A stretch of 61,347 bases of DNA, counting the filler, from Sluysia triapertura (taxonomy: Eukaryota), in the NCBI GenBank assembly GCA_046118255.1. It is 4 parts of 4 records of this genome, joined end to end, with 100 filler letters (N's around TTAATTAATTAA, not from the genome) between each part and the next. Parts side by side here need not be neighbours in the genome. Positions count along the whole stretch, not along the records: positions 1 to 14,286 come from JBJNIA010000234.1; positions 14,387 to 34,821 come from JBJNIA010022180.1; 2 more parts are not named here. The stretch is one strand, 5' to 3'. The notes under the pieces are model-generated. The model was not told the origin of the DNA and did no database searches. It saw only the letters and a list, made by a program, of their open reading frames with translations. The first letter of the stretch is position 1. Each line of letters starts with the position of its first letter. Positions 13,050-25,422 of this stretch are shown here, piece by piece. The translations under genes and the position numbers were made by a program.

Positions 13050-13920
13050 TTAGGCCTATATCCCATCAGTGATAATAATGTGTTGTCTTTTAATACTTTT
13101 ATTTTTAAAATATCAAATTAAAACTCAATATCTAAATAAATTCCGAATCTCGATATATTATTCAACAAATCACAAGTATATAAAGAAAATTCTTTATGAT
13201 GATAATACAAATTTTTTAATAACAAAACGTAATAGATTATAAACTTCAAAAACTTTTAAATCTTTTAATATTGCGAGTTTCTTTTCTTAAAAACTTAACC
13301 TACTTGAAAAATATCTGAAGAGTCGTTCCGCCTAATATATACGACTTATACAGTTAGAGACGTATTATTAGGATTTTTATAACTTGTACTTAATTTAATT
13401 TATATCGATTAATCTGTACTCTAACAATTAATTATTACCTTATAATTATAGATTTTATATTTGCACAACCCACTTTAAGGTGTTGTTTTTAAGAAAAATA
13501 AGTTACACAACCATCTTTAAGGTGCTGCTTTAAAACATAAATTTGATTTGAGTTTATAAATTACACAACCCTTTTATTAAGGTGTTGTTCAGAAATCAAT
13601 ATTTTATTTTAATTAAAATATAACAATAATCCTACAAAAATTTATTAATATACAAAACGTGTATCTTATAAGAAAAATTCTATACAAAGATTTAGTATTA
13701 TAATAATGATGCACAAGTTAATAACTCAACCGTAGTTGATTATGGATAAATTTAATTCGAAAATTAACCAACCTTCTTTAAGGTGTTGGTACAAAAAATG
13801 TTAAAATAATTTAAGTATATTTTAATACTCCTGATATACAGTGAATACAGAGACTTATCAAGGAAAAAATTACTTGGAATGCATGGATCTTCTTAAAGTT
13901 TGCTGATAATTTCTCCAATA
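13050..13920 (+). repeat. Hairpin-array element, copy 2
   Basis: Leader hairpin 13331-13372; units at 13465, 13507, 13565, 13721, 13767. Confidence 0.8.
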
Positions 13921-14286
13921 CTATATTGTGGTTGCTATAGTGGTTAACGTTACTGTTCTTGAGTTTTCTACGAAATTCTAATTTTTTCTCACTGCGTTCC
14001 CTACAAAATTCTAAAGAATTTATATAGTATTTTACGCCATTTTAATTTACCTAATTTTTCTACATATTAATTTACATAAAAATAAATATTAAAATTATTC
14101 AACAACAATTATCCAAATTAATTATTGTGGGTTTTAAATTTTAATTTATGATTATACTTATGTTTATGCAATTTAAATGTGTATTTTTATTTTTTTATTA
14201 AATATTTATTATTATTATATTAAATAAATTATTAAAGTAAATATGTTTAAAATATAAAATAATTTCAAAATAATAAATGGAATTGA

Positions 14287-14386
14287 NNNNNNNNNNNNNN
14301 NNNNNNNNNNNNNNNNNNNNNNNNNNNNNNTTAATTAATTAANNNNNNNNNNNNNNNNNNNNNNNNNNNNNNNNNNNNNNNNNNNN
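14287..14386. other. Assembly gap with TTAATTAATTAA linker
   Basis: 100-nt N44-linker-N44 block. Confidence 0.99.
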
Positions 14387-15365
14387 TTGACTCGTAGTTA
14401 ATTTCACAGCGATACTCCTCTAATCGAAGGTGCGGAGATCTCGCTAATAATCGAATACCAAATGGAATATCTGTTGGCGATGGTGTTATACCACTTGTGA
14501 CGAATTGATATCAGCTTACCAAATGGCGAAGACAAAACGTTGGTGATGACTAACTGAATCTTTGTTATTGCTAACTTTGTTGTCGTTGTTGTCGATTAAT
14601 TGAGTCTTTGTTTTTGATGTTGTGATTGTAATTATGGCTGCCTAGTCTTTATATAGCTATAAAGACATCTTTTTTAATTTATTTTAATAAAACAAACTTC
14701 CTTCGAGAAGTTTCTTTTGTCATCATTTTTTATTTATAATAGTAATAATTTTTATTTTAAAATAATTGATTTAATAAATTTTTACAATAAATAAATTTTA
14801 TAATATTATTATAAATTTTTTAACAATTAAAAATTTCAAAAATTTAAAAATATAAATAAAAATTATATACATTCTTACAAAGGTTATTACAGAAATTGAT
14901 GAATTACAGTGCAAAATTAGGTACAACATTTAATAATTTTGTTGCTATTGTAAGTTAACTTAATTGTATGAACTTCGAAAATATTGAAAAATAAACCAAA
15001 ATGTTAAATATTACACATTTAAAAATTGCTTTATAGTAAGAAAAATATTTTTAAAGTATGACTATTTATTATCGCTGCATCTTTAAATTATGCATCATCT
15101 GTATTACTAAACTATGTCGTTCATCGCTACTTTTATATTTGATTTGTGTTACTACAGTAGTTATTGTAATTATTTCAAATAACTTACTATCCTTAAACAT
15201 ACATTATAATCAAATTAGAATATAATTACAAACATGGATATCTAGTTTTATGACATTAGATCATTATAATTTAATTAATTATTTTTGAAAATCTTCTAAT
15301 AATATTTATACAATTTTCTATCACTTCTAAATTCAATTTTTAGTAATACTTTTGAAATGATAAAA

Positions 15366-15926
15366 TTAGTTGTAAATTCGAAAACCAAACTTTCTTGCAC
15401 AATCAACACGATAAATTGTCGAATATTCTTCGAAGCAGTTGTGATAAGATCCTCCATAATAATCACTAATTGGACGTTGAACCAGTTGTTGAACCAGAAA
15501 ATGATGATCCGATTCTAGATAGTAACATAAAGGTTGAACCTTGAAGTTGCAACGTGCACTAGTAATCCTGTTTTCGAAAACAATTCCGCAGTTCCGCGTA
15601 TCATATACATTTTTCCAATAAAATTCTGAATTGAACACTTTTAGAATTGAACCATTTACACACATCAAGTAAGATCTAACATTATTATATCTTTCAAACA
15701 TTAAATCATTTACACCACTCCAATAAGGTGCCTTAAATTTAAGTTTATTGAATTGATCTGGACACACCAAAGAACCTTTATTTTCAGCACAAAGTCTTTC
15801 AGCTTCACAATATGTAACTGTTTGATTAATTATCAAATAGCAAACATTATTCACTAAAGTATACGGACTCGGACAAGCTTCTGAAACTAATAATTTTAAT
15901 AGAATTATTAATACAATAAACGACAT
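15366..15926 (-). CDS. Secreted C-type lectin domain protein (3' end may be spliced at about 15391)
   Basis: Hydrophobic signal peptide; CPSPY...CY, TYCEAERLC, YWSGVND (WIGL-like), NCG...SARC...PLC cysteine pattern of C-type lectin domains. Confidence 0.75.
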   Translation of the reverse strand: MSFIVLIILLKLLVSEACPSPYTLVNNVCYLIINQTVTYCEAERLCAENKGSLVCPDQFNKLKFKAPYWSGVNDLMFERYNNVRSYLMCVNGSILKVFNSEFYWKNVYDTRNCGIVFENRITSARCNFKVQPLCYYLESDHHFLVQQLVQRPISDYYGGSYHNCFEEYSTIYRVDCARKFGFRIYN

Positions 15927-16924
15927 AGTATTAATATAATTATTAATTTAATATATTTAATATTTCTGTAATAAAAATGTAATCATATATCTATGAAAAT
16001 AATGCCGAAAATAAGTATCATTTATCTTTTTCCAATTTTAGATTTTATTTTATAATAAAGTCAGACAATAACATTTGTTTAATTGTTCAAAATTTAGGCA
16101 AAATTATTATAAAAGAAAAATATGGACAAGTGAGAAAAATAAAATTTATAATTCTATCTATATATTTAACTTAATATAACTAGTTTTAGTTTTATCTTGC
16201 GTCACGTTTATTTTTCAGGAAATTGTGAGAATTTTAAAATAAGATAAAATTATAATATTTTCATAATGTGCTATGCTTAAAGAAGCATCTGACGAGTTCT
16301 CAAATCAATAAAGAAATACTTCAAATATCTACTTAATTGAAGAAGTAAACAAAGAAAACAAAAGTAGAACATACGATACATTAAATGGTAACTTTCACTC
16401 TTTATTATGAAATGATAATTATAAATTATAAAAGACAATTAAATGAGATTGAGTCTCAATAAATTACAAATAATAATTAAGTCTATATAACACTGTCATT
16501 TATGATAATTAAATTTTCAATAAAATAAAATTCAATTATAATACTCAATCTCAGGAGTTACACAATTTGGAGGGATTTTTACTTTTGGTATTAAAAATAT
16601 AAACTTTTATAATTACACATTTAAACAAATTTATCAAGGTATTTAGAATTTTAATTGTTAAAAAACTAATTAACCAAGCAATAAAATTTTAAATACTAAA
16701 CAATTTAACAAAATAGGCATATAGCATTGAAACAATAAACGTAATTTTAAAATTAAACCAGTAAAATCTAATTTTTTATTAGATATAAAAACATTTAATG
16801 GGATAATGTGTATAACCGTTAAAATCTTGATCAGAATTTCTTTTAATAACGATGATACTTCTCACTAATTAGAACTGCTTTTTCCGTGTACTAATGGTGA
16901 ATTGATCAAGAAAATTGCCATATT

Positions 16925-17400
16925 AATTAAACGAAATATTACAAGTGGTAATTATAATTCCAATTAAAGAAATTGAAATTCGATAATATTGTAAATTAAT
17001 TAAAGAATGAATAACTTTAATTATTGCTTTTTTCGCTGAACTCAAGTTTGTAAACGATTGTTTGATATTAGCTATTTCAAACCACAAAATGAAATCCTGT
17101 ATTAGTAAACCGAATTCAATACATATAATAATTACAGAAAATATAATAAAAATAAAATGATTAACGTTTTATTACATTTTCTAAAGTGCGTAATTAAATT
17201 AATTATCATAAATAAGAATCCAGATATTATACCAGAACAGTGATGCCATGGCTGTTGAATGTTTTTCGCATACACAGTTCTACATAATAATTTAGCAAAT
17301 CCAAGACTGCAGCATAATAATCCTATTATTATTTTGTTAATATTCAGTTTAACTAAACTTCTGTATAGTGAAAAAACTTTAATTTCATAAATTGATTAAT
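16925..17400 (-). pseudogene. MS4A/CD20-like multi-pass membrane protein, frameshifted
   Basis: KIIIGLLCCSLG...SGIISGFLFMIIN...RKCNKTLII / FIIFSVIIICIEFGLLI...ISISLIGIIITTCNIS; frame change at about 17150. Confidence 0.45.
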
Positions 17401-18899
17401 TTTTGGCATGATATTTTTATACATATCTTTTATAATTTCAGATTTAATCAAAATGAATCTCAGTACTGCTGTTGAAGTGATTATGGTGATAAAAATGGAT
17501 CAAATTTATATCAAAATTAATTAATTATTATTGTTTCATTAGTGAGTATTGATAATTTAATAAACTATTGACGTCAAGAAGTTGATGTTAAGGAAATTTT
17601 ATTTTTTAGGACTAATAATCTTTTGACTATAGAAAGTAGTATATAAAATACAGAAAATTTTATGAATGTACTACAAATTTTTATGATTAGTTATTAACTA
17701 AATAATATCACATTAATTAGCAATGAATATTCTTAATTTCAGTTAAGTACGTGATGCGGTGGTACAGCCCGTTAGATCACATGCATTGTACTCACTCTAG
17801 TCACAAACTATGTAAACCATATCACAAAACCATATTACAATAAAATTCATCCGTGATCCTTACACTATTACAGCTTTCATCATTAACAAAGCATAGACGC
17901 AAGACAAAATCTCTAACATCTTATTAATATTGTGCTCATTAACATATAAATAATGCTTATCATCATTTTGTCATAACTAAAACACCATTCTTTTAATGTA
18001 TTTTATTTGTACACGATTTAAATGTTTAATTGTAACTTAAATCTAGATGCTAAATCTTCTACTTTTTTGGTAGGATGTTTTTTTTGTTAATAACAACGTA
18101 AGATGACTTTGAGGAAAGTTTGCAAAATTATTATCAGACAAGCTTACGTTATTCGTCGACTTAATCAACAAATCAATGCATACATATGTTCTGACCGATA
18201 CGGTATTTGCAGTCAGTGTATTCAAGACTAAAATACAATAATTAATAACCGTTTTTTTAATCAACATGTAGTAGCAGATCGAATTATAACATAATCACAA
18301 TTCGGTACTCATTACATTCAAACCTTGTTTTTCTATTTAGTGTATATCGTACTTTGATCCAATTTATGTGATTGCAATTCTGATTATATCATATTTATAG
18401 AAAATTTGTTATTTTTCTCCGGTTTTGATTTTGTTAGCAGCTATACGATATAATGTTTTTCTTTTAAACATTATAAATTTAATACAAGACGCAAACAAAA
18501 ACTAATTTTGAATAAATATGAGCAATATTTTTAAATCATGAGTTAAAATTTAATTCGGATTAGGTTTTATACAAGAATGGTTCTTGTTTTCGTTCATATT
18601 TATTGTTTGTTTTTTATTTTAAATACAATTGCAATTTTAGTGTGATTGCTAGCAGTTCTTACTCTTCGTAATCGAACTTACTTAATATCACCCAATCAGA
18701 TCGCTCCACATCAAAAATACTAAATAACTAATTATTTACGTCTGATTGGGTGAATCTAAAAATAGAAAATAACTGTATTAACTATCACAATTAAAAAATT
18801 TAACTCACTTCATCAATAGTGGACAATTTCAAAAATCTAATTGCTGAGTGATTATTCAAGTTTTTATCGTACTATACTCATAGTCATACGTTTAAATTA

Positions 18900-20663
18900 A
18901 TGCTTCAGTCATCAATTAATTCTCACAAAATTTATATTTCAAAGAATTTTGATACTAATTTGCTATATGAAATGTTGGATAATGCAAAACAATCACGGCT
19001 TCCGAATTCAATTTTAGTACATTCACAAAAAGTTATCATTGATATGTTTAGCGAACTTGTTATGAGCATTGGGAAAAGTATACACTTTGTTGATCAGGTA
19101 TTAGTAACATGTTACGTAAATAGTTCACTAAAAGATCCTTTCCAATTCTATATTCTCGATGTGCACGAAAATTCATCATCATTTAATTATGAGACAAAGC
19201 ATATATCTAAAATTACAGTTCGTATTGCATATGAAAACTACACCAATATATGTTCTCATCAATTAGATAAATCCGTCAATATTTATGTGAAGTCGGATTA
19301 TGTTTCCGAACAAGGGTATTACGATCCAGAATATATACTCATATTAGTAGGATTATCTTTCGAGAATAGTAAATCGAACCGCTTTAGAATGGCCAAGAAA
19401 TTAGATAAATCAAAAGAGAGCTTCATGAGCGACCAGAATCCGGATCCGCATGAACTGTCTCTGAATTGTTTGTTAATGTTATTGACTGTGTCGACACAGG
19501 GACAACGAAATTTAATTGATTATCAAAATTATGAAGAAATTTTCATTATGTTGAAAGGTTATGTTAACAAGAATTTCATTTTGATCGTAAAGATGAATCA
19601 ATCTAAAGCTAATGAAATAAGTATACGCGAAATCCACGACGTGAGAGGATCCTTAGTTCCGACAACCGTACGCTACTCCTCCAGTACATTTAGTCCTAAA
19701 TCAAATGACAATCTAGATTTGCTACTCAATAATCGAGAACATAATTTATGTACCAATTATAAAGACAATATGTGCAATAATATATTAAACAAATCATGTT
19801 TTATTTATTTCATCAAGCGAAATCATGAAAGACTTAAGATTAATGCCGATCGATTCGTGTTAAACTTGTCTGAAGGTAATTATATAATTTTTAGTTTGCA
19901 TTCATTTGATCACTATATGAATTATAAATTTATTAAATCATATAATTATTTTTTTATTAGGTCAAATGTGGTTCGGGATCTTTTGAAATGCTGGACAGCC
20001 AGATCAAATTGTACCCACAAAAATTTTAAGATAAACAAAGTTTTAGTAAATATAGTAAATTCTGTTTGTTATTTTCTACATCAATTTTATGCTAGTAATG
20101 GAATTAAATTTAAAATTAATATAAACCTTGTTAAAATAAACTATCTAAAACGTATTAAGTCTACAGAACAATTTTACATGAATTGTTGTGATAACAAAAC
20201 AAGTTTTAATCATAGATCGAATAAAAATACGATATCTTTCGTCAATTATAAGTCAGTCTTAAAGTATAATGTCTTGACTTACGAAATACTAAAATATACA
20301 TGTCATAAAAAAGAAATCAATTTTATTAAATTACCGATTGATCCATATTATTTTATTTTGCCTTTTTCGACGCCCTCAACATTAACTTATACACTTTATA
20401 TGAGCTTGCATTCCTGTTTGATATTTCTAAGACTTGAACTTGTATCGTCTTGTTACTATCTAAATAGTGTCAATATAGTGCAAAAGGTGTCGTTACTCTC
20501 GAACTTCCAGAATAGCTTTAATAACTCTAATTATCAAACAGTACATTATCCAAGTTATCTTTCGAAAATATCTCATACAAAGACATTTTGTCACTTAACA
20601 CTAAAAAATTGGTGTCGGGGACAATTTCTCCTAAATCGTTTTTTGAAAATTAGATTTGAATAG
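18900..20663 (+). CDS. Uncharacterised 587-aa intronless ORF
   Basis: 1764 nt without a stop in highly AT-rich DNA; no domain recognised. Confidence 0.65.
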   Translation: MLQSSINSHKIYISKNFDTNLLYEMLDNAKQSRLPNSILVHSQKVIIDMFSELVMSIGKSIHFVDQVLVTCYVNSSLKDPFQFYILDVHENSSSFNYETKHISKITVRIAYENYTNICSHQLDKSVNIYVKSDYVSEQGYYDPEYILILVGLSFENSKSNRFRMAKKLDKSKESFMSDQNPDPHELSLNCLLMLLTVSTQGQRNLIDYQNYEEIFIMLKGYVNKNFILIVKMNQSKANEISIREIHDVRGSLVPTTVRYSSSTFSPKSNDNLDLLLNNREHNLCTNYKDNMCNNILNKSCFIYFIKRNHERLKINADRFVLNLSEGNYIIFSLHSFDHYMNYKFIKSYNYFFIRSNVVRDLLKCWTARSNCTHKNFKINKVLVNIVNSVCYFLHQFYASNGIKFKININLVKINYLKRIKSTEQFYMNCCDNKTSFNHRSNKNTISFVNYKSVLKYNVLTYEILKYTCHKKEINFIKLPIDPYYFILPFSTPSTLTYTLYMSLHSCLIFLRLELVSSCYYLNSVNIVQKVSLLSNFQNSFNNSNYQTVHYPSYLSKISHTKTFCHLTLKNWCRGQFLLNRFLKIRFE

Positions 20664-21339
20664 GCATATTTTAATTCAAATGAATGATAGTAAATTACAA
20701 GATATCGGCATTGATTGTCCAGATACTCGAGCTGAATTTTTATCTAGAATATCAAAATAAAAGTAAAAAAATTAAAATATAATAATTATTGATTTTTTTA
20801 AAAGTGAAAATATAAAATGAACCTGTCCAAAATTTAATAAAAATCAAAAAGTGATTTCAAACTTGCTGAATTGGAAACATCTACGAACAAAAAAATAATA
20901 GAAGCAAAAGGCCTTAAAATTGATGAAAATGGGTTAGTAATAGTAACCAACACTCAGCAGCGAGTTACGGTGGAATAAGTAAATCGGATAAAAATATTTC
21001 ACAAGCTGATTGTCACGGTAGAAATGTAAAAGATTGGCTAAATTCAAAAATTCTAAAACATCCAGTTGAACTTTTCGCTCCAATCATCAAAAATAACAAT
21101 ATATTAAAACTTGGACGTGTATTACTACTTTATTTTTGTATTTTAAGTATATTTTTATGTTTTACTTCAATGTTTTATTGTTTTATAAATAAAGTTTCAA
21201 ATTTCGTCGTTTTTGTTACATTGTTATTGTTTAAAGCCTTTAAGCCTAGTTTAGTAATTCATAAATTTAATAGTTTGTTAATGGTTATAAAATTAAAATT
21301 AAAATGTTCTTATTTAGATAAAATGTTTTAATTGATAAG

Positions 21340-22270
21340 TTAAAAATAGCCTGCGCTCAGAGTTAAGAGAGTATGTAAGTTTAATTGATGGTTTACCTTT
21401 TAGAGATATTGTTAAAAATGAAGGGGAATCGAGAATTCTCGAGCCGAAGAAAAAGATAGCATAAGTTACGTAAGTGATAATGAAGATAATTATTAAAATA
21501 GAAATTTTAAGAAAATTGAATCCCCAATATTTGAACGTAGGAACTCTCATTTTAATGCTGGATATGATAATAATTTGGACAATAGATTAAATACTACTAA
21601 TCCTAATTTTAGAGAAAATAACTCTCAAGCTTTTAGAAATAATAATAATTCCGGTTTTAAAAGTAATAATAAATCCTCAGGCTTTAGTGGTTACGAACAA
21701 AGACCTAAAGCGCGTTGGTCAAATTGGGCTGGTGAATATTTTGATCGAGATTATTCGAGAGGGACAAGCTCAGATAGAAAAGTAAGGTTTAAGAATGAGA
21801 GTAATGTACAAATAAATTATAATTATAATAAAATGCAAAATAGTTACAATAATTATGATTAAGAAACGCATGGAGATTATGACTCCAAAGAAAACTATAG
21901 GAGTGCGACGGAGTATAACAAAAGACAAAGATGCATTTGTTAACGAGTTCTCTAGAATAAAACTAGACGGTGGTGTTGATGATGATAAAAATGAAAAGAC
22001 AAAAAGAAGACGCATTTATAAATTGTGTACGAGTATTATTTTAAAAATTTAAAAAGAAATCAAAAGTTGAAAGGTAAGGAGTTGCAAAAAAATGCAAGTG
22101 AAACAAATAATAAAAATCAAATAGATGACCATAGTGACAGTTCGAGTTTAACATCAGATGAGAATACTGACACCGATTCGAATACTAAATTCAATTTGGA
22201 AAAAGATAAGACAACAGATGCGAAATCGATGACATGTGAATATCTCAATTTGGCGCCAGAATTGGGACCA
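21340..22270 (+). mobile_element. Paralogous gag C-terminal remnant followed by a PBS-like site
   Basis: QRPKARW, RKVRFKNESNVQINYNY and EFSRIKLDG match QRPRS*W, RKVRFHKKNDRAQVNYNY and EFHWMKLDD at 45.9-46.3 kb; TGGCGCCAGAATTGGGAC at 22251-22268. Confidence 0.7.
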
Positions 22271-24406
22271 ACATAAGTTAAGATATACGTTAAATTTTTG
22301 AGATAATTTGAGTTTTGACCTTTTTATCATTTTTGCATTTAATTTTTAAGTTTTGACGATTTAATTATGGAATTATTAAAATTTGAATTATTACTAGAAT
22401 TTGTTATAAGTATGAAATGCTATAACGTTTTGCGAGAAATAAATTGAATAATTGTGGAATCGATGAAATTATATTAATTATTATAATTTGTATTGATTCT
22501 CAAACATTTATAAATCACAAATCACAATAAAAACATTCCAAAAACAAAATACTATAATACGACTGAGCTCGAAAATTAGAATAAAATTGAAATAAGTAAC
22601 ATTCTAATAATTCCGATTCACAATATTCTTGACCACTACTATTATTATTGAAATATTGATGTTTCTTTTTTGTCTTGCCTGGCAATATCGCGAAATTTTG
22701 TTATTTCATCATAAGTTTCTTTATAAGTTGGTTGTTCTGGAAAGAGCTACTTGTTCACGCTGGTACTTCCACCATTTCTTCTTTAATGCAAGTTTTTGGC
22801 CACTAACAAATCTATATATTCATCCGAAGTTGATTGACTACTGAAATTATATTTTTAGGTATATAATAGATACATGTAGCATATCGCATCCCAAATGTGT
22901 AATAGAAAAAGCAACCGGAAAGCAGTCTTTATTTAAACCTTTAACGACTTCTATTTCAAATGTAGAACTCCTCTAAAAATGCTTCACCAAAATATTTACT
23001 CAAATAAACTGAATATATAATTCCGAATAATAAAATAAATTTAAAATCTAACTGCAAACAAACTGTAATTTAATGATACACAAAATTATTTAATAATTGT
23101 AAAATAACAAATATAAAGTATCATGCACTTGAGTTTGTAATCCCCCTAGGTAATAATCAAGAAAAGGTCTGAATATCGTTTAAAGGGATTTAATTAATGT
23201 TGCACTTTCTCAGCATAGTTATACCATAACTACTTCCTAAAGTGCAATTATCAGAAATGAACTTTTCATTTTGCAAAATGTAACACTGCTTACGGCATAA
23301 CCAAATAATAAAGTGATTACTTCCTACAGTGTCTTTCATTTACTCCCACCCTGGCAATAGAAAAGCTTATACTTTCTATCGTTTTAGCAGGAGAAAACTG
23401 TACAATTTCAAAATTATAAAACTTATAATAAGTGAAATATTAAAACAAAATAATCAAATGATAAAACAGAGGTCAAATTTTATCTTATGCTAATAGATTA
23501 AGCAAACTATTGTGTTTGAAACATCTTGTTTATTAAAAGCACTCAAATAAAAATTTAATTCTTATTTTGTCATTGTATTAATTAATTATTAATATTGCAT
23601 CATTAACATTTAATGCGCTTTAAATAATTCAGAAATAGAATAATTGTAATGTTTAGAAAAATATTCTGAATATATTTTCGTATTACATTTTAGTACATGT
23701 TGCGCACGTTTAGATTGTGAAAGATATTAATGATATAAATTTATACGTAAAGAAATAAAAAATTAAGCTAAATTTAATGTTATTTAAAATTAAAATAAAT
23801 AACTAAGCAAAATAAGTTTCACTATATAAATGTTTATGTTGATTTATGATGTCATTAAAAAATACATTTCCATAAAAACCGGGATATTGATTCAAATTAT
23901 TTCGCATAATCGAAATCATCGAATAGTTCAAATAATTGTGAGCTCTTCTTAGATGCATAATAAGAATTTTGCTTTAAATTAATAAGCAAATTATAAGCCA
24001 CGAATACAATTAACGCATTGGTAAGGATACGAAATTTAAATATTACAATAATTATTATTATTATTGAAATGCACTAATAACACCGCTTACCCAAAACAAA
24101 TGTAATACTTTGGTGGTGTATCATTAACAATGAAATATTTTACTCAAATGATAAATAAGTGTTCATAAACGGCGTGCACATTAATCCCAATATCAGGTAA
24201 ATATGCATATACAAAAGAATCCAAGTGATATTTGGCTCGGTAATACGTATAGGTTCACCAACTTCAAAACAGTGAATTTGCATCAAATAGAAGATAAACT
24301 TAAATAAGATAACTTAATCAAAAAATCTAATCATCTTCCTTGATAACACTTATAAGCCTAAGCTTGTGCTTTACCGGCAACACCACCATTAAATCATCGA
24401 ATTGGC

Positions 24407-25422
24407 GATATTTCCTTCTTTGTAATATTTTTCATCTCTTCTTATAGGCATGCCTTTTACTATATCTGATGCTCCATTAATAGAAATTTATTTATTGGTT
24501 TATACTAGAAACATTTCATTACTAATATTTAATGTAGTACTAAAATTAATAGAAAAACATCGTAATAAAAATTAACAAACCCGAGAAATTAAAAAGGTTC
24601 GTAGTTTTATTACTTGTTAGATCATGATTTAACAATTTTTGTGCGTATTAAAATGATCTCGTAAAAACATCCATTTCCAAGTGTTGCTCCTCTTAAATAT
24701 AAACTCAAATAAAAAAGCACTATTACTTTCAGCTAGACGCATGTAATATAAGCAACATATTCATATTTAAATTAGAATCAATTGATCACTTAATTTACAG
24801 TGAGTAAACAAAATATTTTCAATATTTTATTTTAATATGTTTCTGATAAATTGATGCATTTCGGTTTTAATCATAACGCTCACTTTGAAACCAATAAGAA
24901 TAGCATAAATTCACTTTTCTCGATTACTGACTGTTCCAAATACTCCATCATTATTAATAATGCGTAATTGATAAAATCATAACTGTATTATAAACATTTT
25001 CTGATAAATAACATTAACATTGAAAGGATACGGCATTCGAATACGATTTCCATGAGCTGAATAATTGATTTGCACACCATTCCACATCCAAATATGTATC
25101 CGGTATTACATCATTGTGTAATAATTAGTTTGATACAAGATATCACTACAATGTTTATGATTAACTAATAAAATAGACACACTAAAATACAATGTGTATG
25201 CTTCAAAAAGGCAATTAGCTATTTAATAATTGTACATTTTATGCAGTTGAACTGGATAAACAATGCTCGTGTGATTGACCAAGTTGAAACATTCGTTACA
25301 TATGAAGTAAATACCAATATCAACATGAACTGAGTTGCCAAGCAGCATGTGTCAGTGTTGAGATTTCCGAGTGTTTCCAAATTTTAACAATGAATGCTAT
25401 CAAATTTACGGGATACAATGAA
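24407..25422. repeat. Recent local duplication, copy 1
   Basis: Near-identical to 28488-29332. Confidence 0.92.

Noticed and set aside
13461-13590. CRISPR-like repeat-spacer appearance
   Set aside because: Few degenerate units, irregular spacers, eukaryotic context and no cas genes; reported as a hairpin array instead
14331-14342. TTAATTAATTAA palindrome centred in N runs (also at about 34866 and 50307)
   Set aside because: Artificial six-frame-stop scaffolding linker, not biology
16285-16320. CTGACGA...GAAA hammerhead-like core
   Set aside because: Cannot form the required stems with a correctly placed GAAA and cleavage triplet
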